64,000 bases of DNA, from the IMG/VR virus record IMGVR_UViG_3300045988_180880, positions 96,001 through 160,000 of that record; one strand, given 5' to 3'. Position numbers and translations under genes: made by a program. The stretch comes from a virus. This document shows positions 26,668 to 35,190 of the stretch, piece after piece (the first letter of the stretch is position 1; each line of letters opens with the position of its first letter). The notes under the pieces were generated by a model. It was not told the origin of the DNA, made no database searches, and saw only the letters and a program-made list of their open reading frames with translations.

Positions 26668-27080
26668 ATGGAAACAGGAGAAATTACAAGACAAGCAAAA
26701 CAAAGCTTAACTATCTTTAAAAAAAACAACTTCATGAATGTCAGTGTAGAGAGAATCGATTAAAAGAATATTATGAAAAGAAGTGGCTGACAAAGAAAGA
26801 GTTTTTAAAGAAAATAAGAAAGCAGAGAAAGAAAAGAGCAGAATTTGCAGAAAAGTATCTCACTAAATATAATGAATTTAAGAATCTTGGAGAAAAGATG
26901 TCACTAGAGCAAGAAAATTATGCTAGGGATGCAGATATAATAGTAAGTAGTTGGTTTATAATAACTCACCAATCATTACCTAAATTATTTATCTTAGCTG
27001 GAATGGTATCTGTTATAATGAAGAAAATAACTAAAGATTTTTGGTTATTGAGTGAGAAGAAAAAAGAGAGGGAAATTTAA
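26668..27080 (+). CDS. hypothetical membrane protein readable only with a -1 shift at an A8 run (26719..26726)
   Basis: The ATG at 26668 opens 31 codons in one frame. The -1 frame is open from 26721 to 27080 but has no ATG before 26898. The frames overlap on UUU AAA AAA AAC. Confidence 0.35.
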
Positions 27081-27088
27081 TCCCTCTC
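27066..27088. terminator. bidirectional terminator hairpin between convergent genes
   Basis: gagaggga-aatttaa-tccctctc, with an A-run upstream and a T-run downstream. Confidence 0.65.
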
Positions 27089-27099
27089 CATTTATTTTT

Positions 27100-30000
27100 T
27101 TATTTAAAGCTTACAACTGGGAACTTAGCCGCGTCATAAGATAAACAGTAATCACCTTCTGGACCAGCTACAGCATCTTGACATACCATAACTACTTGAC
27201 TTTCATTTTTAGTGCCACAAACTGAAGCAGGATCAGCTGGATTAATCTTTACTCCAGCATGAACTAAATTATTAAAGTTAACAGTAATCTTACCGTCACC
27301 AAACAAGTTATTAGCATTAACCTCTTCTTCAGTCTTATTAGTATAATCTTCGCAAATCAAGAAACCTTGCCATGGAGCTCTAGTTTCCCATTGATCTACA
27401 GTACAGTTATTAATATTAACAACTACACCAGAAGCATTAGACTTATTACTTAATCTAAGAGTATTACTGATCTTTTCGAAATAACAGTTATTCAATGTAA
27501 TAATAGCATTGTCTTGAGTACCGAATACTAAGATAGCATTATTACTGAATTCACCTTGGAATTTACAATTATCGAACAAGATATTTTTCGGAAGTACAGA
27601 ATTGCTTGCTAGACCAATCTCAATACCGTTATAAACTTCAGATGCATCAAATACCATATCTTTGAATACGATAAATTCAGCATTATTTACGCTTATTACA
27701 GTATTTCCATTAGCTTTCGGGAATGAACCTGAAATATTTAGATCTTTGGCTTCTACATCACCAGCATTCAATTTAAGTCTAGCATTATCACTTACTTTAA
27801 TTGATTTTAATGAGATAGACTTACCAACGATTTCAGCATTTTCATTAATAGATCCTGATACGATATAATCCTTAGAAGAATCTTTCAATTCACCAGCAGA
27901 ACCGTCAACACTTACAACTTCAGTATTTGTTTTAGTAAGAACATCAACTTTACTTTGAAGAATTTGAACTGTTGCATTCAAAGCTTCAAGAGTATTGCTA
28001 AGACCAGCTACATCTTCTAAGTATGCAATTTTATGAGCTTCTTCTCCTAATTGACCAGCTTCTTGTACAGTTGGACGTACATCTTTCGGAGTATTGATAT
28101 TAATCGGAGAAACAGGAGTACCAAGATCTACTATTCCCCAACGATTAAGTTGAACAAGATTATTTCCTCCGCCCAATAACATATCACCCTTAGCTAACTC
28201 AACAGCTTTACGATTAGGTAATTGTTCAGAAGGAATATCTTTATATTTTACCTGTCCTTCAATCTCCTCTTTTGTTGCATATGGGGTTAAATCTACGGGA
28301 GGAATAGCAGCAATAGCTTCTTTAATCTTACCATCTACTTGAGCTTCATTTTGGAAACCTAGATCGTTTTCAAGTTCAGATACTTTAGTAGGAACATTAC
28401 CGATCTTTTCTTCAAGTTCAGAAACTTTAGTATCAGTAGCACTCATATAAGCTTCAAGATCAGATTGAGATGCCTTAAGATTAATATTATCTTGAAGTTC
28501 GGCTGCTTTAGTTTCTAAATCTTCTGAAAGAGCAATTCCTTTAGAACCATTAAATAGAGGACGAGGTTCAGATCCAACTAAGTTAAGATCCATACCAGCA
28601 GAACCAACCTCTACTTTATCATCAGCACTTACTTTTGCCAGGTTAAATCCAGCAACACCTTCTGCATTAACACCACTCAAAGAATCACCATTAGCAAGTT
28701 CGATAGTCTTAGAACCATCTTCGAGAACTTTATAAGAAATCAATCCTTCTTTTGCAGCTTCAATATCTTCGGTAAGAGCAATTTCCTTAGTATCATTATA
28801 AGTAGGACGATCTGCAGAACCATTAAGATTCAATTCAACCCCAGGAGCACCAAAATCAGCTTTATCCCATTTAGACAACATTACTAGATTATGACCTTCT
28901 CCCTTAGTATCGATACCAGAAATATTGTCATAATTAGAAAGTTGAATTGTTTTACGACCTTCACCAAATTCTTGATACTTAACAACACCTTCAAGATCAG
29001 CAGAAATACCATCAACCTTTTCAGTAATAGCATCAACAGCAATCTTATCAGCCTTAGAATCAAGACCTTCGTTAACTGTAGCAAAACGATTATCAACACT
29101 TTCTGCATCAGCCTTAGTAGCTAATTGTTCAGTAATCGCATCAACTGCTATCTTATCCGCTTTTTGATCAAGTGCTGAATTTATATTTTCTACTGCACTA
29201 TCAACATCTGCCTTATCAGCTTTAGTTTCAAGAGCAGCCTTAACTTCTTCTATCTGTGCCGAACTAGATTCAACATCACTCAGGTACGCAATCTTATGAG
29301 CTTCTTCACCAGACTGACCTGCTTCTTGTACAGTTGGACGTACATCTTTCGGAGTATTGATATTAAATGGGACGCTAGAAGAACCAAAATCAGCTACACC
29401 CCAACGATTAAGCTGAACGAGACTAGATGTACCACCTTCTAAGTTACCACCTAAAATAACATCACCATTCTTAAGAACAATAGCTTTACGTTCTGGGAGA
29501 TTAGAGTCAGCTACATCTTCATATTTAACAGCTTTCTTATTAATAGCATCGATAGAAGAAGCAAGATTTTCATTAACTGTTACTAGGTTAGCAGCAACTT
29601 CTTGAACATTCTTCTTAATTTCATTGATACCTTCTACTTTAATACCTGCTTCAGATACACTCAAGTAAGATTCACTGGAAGGATCTAATTTAATAGAGAA
29701 TCCATTTTCAATCAATTCAATACCATTACCAGCTACGTAAGTATCAACCAAAGAGCTAAGATCAACTACTGAAGTTTGTTCTCCTTCAGAAGTGTTAAAT
29801 ACAAAGGTCAATGATTTATCTTCTGCAGAGTACTCAACAGATTTCAAGAATTGGTCTGCAGGAATATTAATAGTACCAGCAATTTTATCACCTACTTGAA
29901 GTTCATAAGTTAAGTCATCTTTCTTAACTAATGCAATAGTTTCCATATTGCCATGAACATCTTCAAGAAGGGCAATTTGTTTGGAATCGTTATAAGTAGG

Positions 30001-30741
30001 TCTTTCAGCAGAACCGTTTAAGTTGATTTCTACTGAACTAGAACCTAGATCTACTTTATTCCACTTAGAAACCATAGCAATATTCACAGCACTACCATCA
30101 GTAGTTTTTCCGCAAATATTATCATGATTGTTTAGGAAAATAGTCTTACGTCCAGGATTTTGTTCAGTTGCTGTATCTTCATATTTAACAGCTTTTTCAA
30201 GTTCTGGACGTATCTCATTATTGAGTCCTCCGTTTATGGTGCTGAAACCGTCTGCAACATTCTTATTGATATTATTAACAGCTTCAACAAGATTATTGTT
30301 TACAGTTGCAATATCAGCTGCATTTTTTTCAATTTTTCCTTCAAGTTCAGTGAGATCAGCACCTTCACCGTTTACTTTTTCAGCTAATTCATCAATAGCT
30401 GCTTGAAGTTTAGCATCGCCTTCTTCACGATTAGTTACTTCAGCTGCAATACCATTATTAATAGTTTCGATAGCCTGAACAAGATTATTATTCAGAGTTT
30501 CGATAGAAGAAGCTACATTTTCGTTGATTTGATTTACCATTCCATCAACACGAGAAGCTTCTGATTCAATTTTTTCAGATAACTTAGCGTCACCTTCTTC
30601 ACGGGCACTAGCTTCTTCAGTTACCTTATTTTCTAGAGCAGAGAGTTGTTCTTGGATATCACCTGGAACTTCTCCACCACCTGTAGACGCGATATCGTAT
30701 ACAACTCCGTCAACACTAATCTTAGAGATTTTTTCGCTCAT
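27100..30741 (-). CDS. tail fibre / receptor-binding protein (coiled coil + five ~80-aa repeats + C-terminal beta-helix)
   Basis: 1213 aa. The N-terminus has coiled-coil repeats (EEGDAKL twice). Five copies of VKY(E/K)D...RK(T/A)I.L.N.D...L...(W).K(V/A)D(L/F)G...V..N(L/I)N(G/T)...RPT... follow. The C-terminus has NxxF/NNC-rich beta-helix-like repeats (ILFDNCKF, ITLNNCYF, VVNINNCTV). Confidence 0.8.
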   Translation of the reverse strand: MSEKISKISVDGVVYDIASTGGGEVPGDIQEQLSALENKVTEEASAREEGDAKLSEKIESEASRVDGMVNQINENVASSIETLNNNLVQAIETINNGIAAEVTNREEGDAKLQAAIDELAEKVNGEGADLTELEGKIEKNAADIATVNNNLVEAVNNINKNVADGFSTINGGLNNEIRPELEKAVKYEDTATEQNPGRKTIFLNNHDNICGKTTDGSAVNIAMVSKWNKVDLGSSSVEINLNGSAERPTYNDSKQIALLEDVHGNMETIALVKKDDLTYELQVGDKIAGTINIPADQFLKSVEYSAEDKSLTFVFNTSEGEQTSVVDLSSLVDTYVAGNGIELIENGFSIKLDPSSESYLSVSEAGIKVEGINEIKKNVQEVAANLVTVNENLASSIDAINKKAVKYEDVADSNLPERKAIVLKNGDVILGGNLEGGTSSLVQLNRWGVADFGSSSVPFNINTPKDVRPTVQEAGQSGEEAHKIAYLSDVESSSAQIEEVKAALETKADKADVDSAVENINSALDQKADKIAVDAITEQLATKADAESVDNRFATVNEGLDSKADKIAVDAITEKVDGISADLEGVVKYQEFGEGRKTIQLSNYDNISGIDTKGEGHNLVMLSKWDKADFGAPGVELNLNGSADRPTYNDTKEIALTEDIEAAKEGLISYKVLEDGSKTIELANGDSLSGVNAEGVAGFNLAKVSADDKVEVGSAGMDLNLVGSEPRPLFNGSKGIALSEDLETKAAELQDNINLKASQSDLEAYMSATDTKVSELEEKIGNVPTKVSELENDLGFQNEAQVDGKIKEAIAAIPPVDLTPYATKEEIEGQVKYKDIPSEQLPNRKAVELAKGDMLLGGGNNLVQLNRWGIVDLGTPVSPININTPKDVRPTVQEAGQLGEEAHKIAYLEDVAGLSNTLEALNATVQILQSKVDVLTKTNTEVVSVDGSAGELKDSSKDYIVSGSINENAEIVGKSISLKSIKVSDNARLKLNAGDVEAKDLNISGSFPKANGNTVISVNNAEFIVFKDMVFDASEVYNGIEIGLASNSVLPKNILFDNCKFQGEFSNNAILVFGTQDNAIITLNNCYFEKISNTLRLSNKSNASGVVVNINNCTVDQWETRAPWQGFLICEDYTNKTEEEVNANNLFGDGKITVNFNNLVHAGVKINPADPASVCGTKNESQVVMVCQDAVAGPEGDYCLSYDAAKFPVVSFK
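28021..28160 (-). repeat. intragenic direct repeat in the tail fibre gene (partner 29284..29423)
   Basis: About 140 bp at roughly 90% identity by eye. It includes an identical run, cttcttgtacagttggacgtacatctttcggagtattgatatta. Confidence 0.75.
29284..29423 (-). repeat. intragenic direct repeat in the tail fibre gene (partner 28021..28160)
   Basis: See partner. Encodes ...PTVQEAGQ(S/L)GEEAHKIAYL(S/E)DV. Confidence 0.75.
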
Positions 30742-30782
30742 AATTTATTCTTTCTTTTAATTAAACGTTTAATAAAATTTTC

Positions 30783-31076
30783 TTAATCATTTACAAGACC
30801 TAGGGTAGAATCTTTGTAAGTTACTGTTTCATCGTAGATCATCAATGTATCTGGGGATTTGAAACTTGCATGATAACTATTAGGAAGGTATAATACTCCA
30901 TTCTTGACATAAATTTTATTATTTTTGTCTTGAGTATCTGGATCTGTACCATTTACTTCCTGAATAGTTTTGCAATAGATTTCATAAATCAGCGGAAGAT
31001 TGTAACCTATATCCCCGAACGCATTGTAATCACTTCCAGGGTTGAATCCACAACCACAGTTGCAAAAATCATTCAT
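30783..31076 (-). CDS. hypothetical protein upstream of the tail fibre (possible fibre accessory protein)
   Basis: 97-aa ORF, co-oriented with and adjacent to the fibre gene. The role is inferred from position only. Confidence 0.45.
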   Translation of the reverse strand: MNDFCNCGCGFNPGSDYNAFGDIGYNLPLIYEIYCKTIQEVNGTDPDTQDKNNKIYVKNGVLYLPNSYHASFKSPDTLMIYDETVTYKDSTLGLVND

Positions 31077-31173
31077 AATATTTTAATAATTATTATATAT
31101 TAAATAAACACTACACACTTCTTAGGAAAAACAAAAGAACAACTACAAAATTTCTTTTATAATTGTTCTATGT

Positions 31174-31211
31174 CATGTATTAGGGTTTAGGTTTCCTAGG
31201 AGCGCAAAAAC
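31174..31211 (-). promoter_or_regulatory. promoter (TTTTTGCG ... CCCTAATACATG class) of the fibre operon
   Basis: The reverse complement reads gtttttgcgctcctaggaaacctaaaccctaatacatg. Confidence 0.5.
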
Positions 31212-31240
31212 ATCATTTGGAGAAAGAAAAAAGAAGGGAA

Positions 31241-32185
31241 TTAACCCTCCTTTATTTTTACATTTACGTTTCCAGTTAAAATGAAATAATCTATATCTAT
31301 ATTCCAACAAAGACCATAATGTTCTATTACATCACTTAATTCAATATAAGTATGATAACCAAGATTATATATAGACCTTATTTCTTTTACTGTACGAGTT
31401 GCAATATCACCTAATGTTTTCATATTCTTATGTTGAATATCATAATCTACTAAAGTATTAAGTGCTCTACGAGAAAGATTTAAGTCTCTTATACTAGTTT
31501 TTAATAATCTCATTCTCTTTTCTTGCTCTTCACTTAAAGTAACATCAATATTTTCTACATTTTTGATTCTCTTAAGTTCAGCTAATTCTATGTCTTTGGT
31601 CATGTTCTCTTTTGTTAACTTTTCAAGTTTTTCGAGAACTAGTTTATTGTTATCATATAAAAATTTTATATTATCATTAATATATTTAGTAAAATCACTT
31701 TTTGTCAAACCATAAGAATCTGCTAATTTCTTAATTTCATCAACATTCTTTTCTCCTTTTCCTTTATTAATAGAGTTAAGAAAAGTTAAGTATTTCCATA
31801 AAATTTCATTGATGCGGTGAAAATCTGAGTTATCATTATAGTAATGAATATTGTCTATTAAAGATGCAATAATTAATTCTTTGCAGTGTGAGTATCTTCT
31901 ATATCCAATTCTTATAATTCTTGTAACATCTTCTACTTCTTTGATCTCTTTTTTCATTTTTTCGATCTTTTCATCTAGCTGGCGTTCTAATTCTCCTAAA
32001 TCAGTTGTCTTTTTAGATAAACTGCTTTCCAATAAATCAATCAGAGTTTTCTTATCTACATATGTCATATTTTTAATAACTCTGATAGTAATTAAACCAG
32101 ATTTACCCCAGTTTGTAATAGTTTGTGTACTTACTTTTGCTAACTTTGCAGCATCAGTTCTTGTAATCCATTTTTCTTTTTTCAT
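31241..32185 (-). CDS. putative transcription regulator: N-terminal HTH + coiled coil + C-terminal RNA polymerase alpha-CTD-like (HhH) domain
   Basis: N-terminus WITRTDAAKLAKVSTQTITNWGKSGLI is an HTH. The C-terminus, IRDLNLSRRALNTLVDYDIQHKNMKTLGDIATRTVKEIRSIYNLGYHTYIELSDVIEHYGL, aligns with E. coli alpha-CTD ([56 protein letters not shown]). Confidence 0.6.
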   Translation of the reverse strand: MKKEKWITRTDAAKLAKVSTQTITNWGKSGLITIRVIKNMTYVDKKTLIDLLESSLSKKTTDLGELERQLDEKIEKMKKEIKEVEDVTRIIRIGYRRYSHCKELIIASLIDNIHYYNDNSDFHRINEILWKYLTFLNSINKGKGEKNVDEIKKLADSYGLTKSDFTKYINDNIKFLYDNNKLVLEKLEKLTKENMTKDIELAELKRIKNVENIDVTLSEEQEKRMRLLKTSIRDLNLSRRALNTLVDYDIQHKNMKTLGDIATRTVKEIRSIYNLGYHTYIELSDVIEHYGLCWNIDIDYFILTGNVNVKIKEG

Positions 32186-32208
32186 CTTCTTTTAAATTTT
32201 AATTTATA

Positions 32209-32223
32209 CACTAATAAGGCTTT
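32209..32223 (-). promoter_or_regulatory. promoter-like motif (AAAGCCTTATTAGTG on the minus strand)
   Basis: Reverse complement of cactaataaggcttt, about 25 nt upstream of the 32185 start. Confidence 0.45.
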
Positions 32224-32270
32224 GAAGAAGAGCCTATTTTCCTTATAAATGATTATGAAATATTTTTATT

Positions 32271-33257
32271 ATGAAAAGAATAAAACAAGTAATTAGAAAA
32301 AATCTACCTGAGACTAATAGTAGTTCGTCTCACTCTGTAGTAATCTGTGTTGATCCTAATTCATTGGTTGATACACTTCCTATGGATTCAGAGGGAGTTA
32401 TACATGTTCCTAGAAGATCTGAATCATTTGGTTGGGAGTATGAAAAATATAATGATCCAATGACTAAACTTCAGTATGTATGTGGTATAATTTGGAAATA
32501 TAAGAGTAATCGGAAGAAAGTAAAACTCTTAAAAGAAATTGTCCTAGGATATACTGGAGCAAAGGATATAGTATTTGACTGGGAAGAAAACAGGTCAAGT
32601 GATGATATTGTTGAAGAGGATGAGGATTATTACTGGGATTCTGGTGCTCCTGAGATAGATCATAATAGTTATGATATATTTCCTGAAATTATGGAATCAG
32701 CTAGATCAATTAAGAATTTTATATTTAATTCAAGATCTTGGCTATATTTAGGAAATGATAATTCAGATGCTCCAGAGGGTTTCTATGAAGAAGAAACTGA
32801 TGACCCAGAAATTATCGTTAGTGTTGATTATGGAGGAGATATAGGTAGAGTTGATTTTGAATATAATAAATCAGTAGGTTGTGATATAGAGAATTATCTG
32901 AAAAACGAATCTTTAATTTCAGATATAGTTTATAATATCAAAACCAAAAAATTTGAAAAAAATCTTGGAATGGAAAAGTGGAGAGGATTTCATAGTGATA
33001 ATCAGCTTACTTTTAGACCTATTTCTCTTAGTGATAGAAAATTATATTGGATTAGTGAAAGTCTGGAAAAAGAGATTATAAATAAAACAATAATAAAAGG
33101 TGATGGTAAAAAACAAAAATCAACCTTACTATACTCACTTTCTACAAATGAAAATGAAATCTTTAAAGAGTTAATAAAAGATACTCAGACTTGGGGATCT
33201 CATTGGATTAGTTTACCGTATACAGTAATGACAAAAGAGTTCGGAAAAGTACTATGA
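32271..33257 (+). CDS. hypothetical protein
   Basis: 328 aa. N-terminus NLPETNSSSSHSVVI, with an acidic central region. First gene of a tightly overlapping operon. Confidence 0.55.
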   Translation: MKRIKQVIRKNLPETNSSSSHSVVICVDPNSLVDTLPMDSEGVIHVPRRSESFGWEYEKYNDPMTKLQYVCGIIWKYKSNRKKVKLLKEIVLGYTGAKDIVFDWEENRSSDDIVEEDEDYYWDSGAPEIDHNSYDIFPEIMESARSIKNFIFNSRSWLYLGNDNSDAPEGFYEEETDDPEIIVSVDYGGDIGRVDFEYNKSVGCDIENYLKNESLISDIVYNIKTKKFEKNLGMEKWRGFHSDNQLTFRPISLSDRKLYWISESLEKEIINKTIIKGDGKKQKSTLLYSLSTNENEIFKELIKDTQTWGSHWISLPYTVMTKEFGKVL

Positions 33258-34198
33258 TAACAGATGAATATTCTTATATAAACGGAAATTATTATGTTAC
33301 TCTTAATAATTTATCAGGTACAAAAACTTATCGAGCATTAAGAAGAGGAGAGGAGCTTATTTCAAAGTTTCCTGATTCTATAGACTTGAAAATAACAAAT
33401 AAGTGTTCTATAGGATGTCCATTTTGTCATGAATCTAGTATCTCTGAAGGAAAGTCTTTTGACCTACAGAAAACTATTGATGTTTTATCTCAGCTTCCTA
33501 AAGTTGGAATAGAATTAGCTATTGGAGGTGGAGATGTAACTGAAGATTCTGTTATAGATGATTGTGCTGTTTTATGTAAGTGGGCAGATGATAATGGATT
33601 TGTTCCAAGACTTACCATAAATTTTAGGTCTCTAAATACTGAAGAGAAGCGTAAGAAATTTCATGATAAACTTGATATGGTAAAAGTATTTGGAGTAAGT
33701 ATTGATAGGTTTGATAAAAAGTTAATAAATACTTTAGAAGACGAATATACTACATATTTTAAAACAAAAGTATATCATATCATTGCCGGAATATTTCCCC
33801 CAGAAGATCTCCAAGAACTGATAACGTCTGGAAGACAAGTATTAATTCTTGGTTATAAAAATTGGGGAAGAGCTCTCGGCAATCCACCCAAGTATGATCT
33901 TAAGGAGTGGGAAAAGACTTTAAAGAGAATTTTGTATACTCGACAAAATAATCTATCAGCTACTATAGGATTTGATAATTTAGCGATAGAACAGCTTGGA
34001 GTACGTGATTGTATAACAGAGGCTGATTGGAAGAGAATGTATATGGGAGATGAATTTACTCATACTATGTACGTTGACGCAGTTTCAGAAATATTTGCAC
34101 CTACTTCTAGAGATTCATTTAGAGTTTCTTGGAATGATATGAAAATTTTAGAATTTTTTAATACTTATAAAAATGATAAAGTTAATAACAAAGAGTAG
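33254..34198 (+). CDS. radical SAM enzyme (substrate unknown)
   Basis: CX3CX2C cluster motif in KITNKCSIGCPFCHESS. GGE-like ELAIGGGDV segment. ATGA overlap with the upstream gene. Confidence 0.75.
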   Translation: MITDEYSYINGNYYVTLNNLSGTKTYRALRRGEELISKFPDSIDLKITNKCSIGCPFCHESSISEGKSFDLQKTIDVLSQLPKVGIELAIGGGDVTEDSVIDDCAVLCKWADDNGFVPRLTINFRSLNTEEKRKKFHDKLDMVKVFGVSIDRFDKKLINTLEDEYTTYFKTKVYHIIAGIFPPEDLQELITSGRQVLILGYKNWGRALGNPPKYDLKEWEKTLKRILYTRQNNLSATIGFDNLAIEQLGVRDCITEADWKRMYMGDEFTHTMYVDAVSEIFAPTSRDSFRVSWNDMKILEFFNTYKNDKVNNKE

Positions 34199-34808
34199 AT
34201 ATTATAAAATTCTTGGAAAGGAAATTTATAAAGACTATGTAAAATATTCTAAAGTAGTATTTCCTGAAGAGAGATGGAGTAAGTTTCTTAGTATCTCAGA
34301 GTCTTCATGTATATATTTTCTTTTGGAAGAGGAAAATAAAGTTTTTGTATATATTCCTTCCCTCGAAGTATTATTAATTCCAGGAATGTATAAAAATTCA
34401 GATGACTTATATAATAAAATTTTAGCTTCAGAAACAACATTAAGTAATTGGAAGGTAAGTTTAATAAAAGAACTGAAACCCTCTGAACATAAGCAAGATT
34501 ATATTTTGAATACTTTTAAAATAGGGAACTTTCAATGTCTTCTTGATAGAAGTACTTCTGAAATTGTGTATACTTCTGGGAAATATAGGTTGATTAATTC
34601 TGATTTTCCTGAAGATTCAATGGATTTTTCGTTAACTAATAATCTTGGAGATCCAGATGCTTATTGGAAAAGTACATATTTAGCATTTCCAGAGAAATCA
34701 GAGATAATGTTATCAGATAAACCTAAATTACAACTAATTGAAGATTTAATTGCAATTATATTAAATGAAAACGGAAGAAATTATCAAAGAACTGATAGCA
34801 AGAGTTAA
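34173..34808 (+). CDS. hypothetical protein
   Basis: 211-aa ORF that overlaps both neighbours. Confidence 0.5.
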   Translation: MIKLITKSRYYKILGKEIYKDYVKYSKVVFPEERWSKFLSISESSCIYFLLEEENKVFVYIPSLEVLLIPGMYKNSDDLYNKILASETTLSNWKVSLIKELKPSEHKQDYILNTFKIGNFQCLLDRSTSEIVYTSGKYRLINSDFPEDSMDFSLTNNLGDPDAYWKSTYLAFPEKSEIMLSDKPKLQLIEDLIAIILNENGRNYQRTDSKS

Positions 34809-35178
34809 TAGTACTCTTAGTTATTATGAGAAAGATTATGTCAGTGTTAAGAGAACTCCATATGCTGAGCGAGAGAGATGTGTTAGCTTTGAACAATACA
34901 TAGAAGCTAGGTTTAATTATGAGTGTTCTAAGATTCCAGAATTATATGATGCAGTAATAGCAACAGACGGACATTTATTTTCTTGTACAGAATTAATTGA
35001 TCCTGATACAGCAAAAAGAAGGTTTACTACTGCATCAGTTGTTCTTGTAGATCCAAAAACGCTGATAGGAGCAAACGAAAATCTTATTAATGAGATATAC
35101 AGGATTCATGATTATCTTGGAGGATCTTGTATAAAATTCAATAATGTTAAGAAAAAAATTAAGTTTACAATTGAGTAA
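34765..35178 (+). CDS. hypothetical protein
   Basis: 137-aa ORF. Confidence 0.5.
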   Translation: MKTEEIIKELIARVNSTLSYYEKDYVSVKRTPYAERERCVSFEQYIEARFNYECSKIPELYDAVIATDGHLFSCTELIDPDTAKRRFTTASVVLVDPKTLIGANENLINEIYRIHDYLGGSCIKFNNVKKKIKFTIE

Positions 35179-35190
35179 AAGAGAAAAATT

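Noticed and set aside
27100-30741. Diversity-generating retroelement targeting the tail fibre (repeats within the gene).
   Set aside because: There is no reverse transcriptase, and no template repeat outside the gene with adenine-specific differences. The repeats are in-frame domain duplications.
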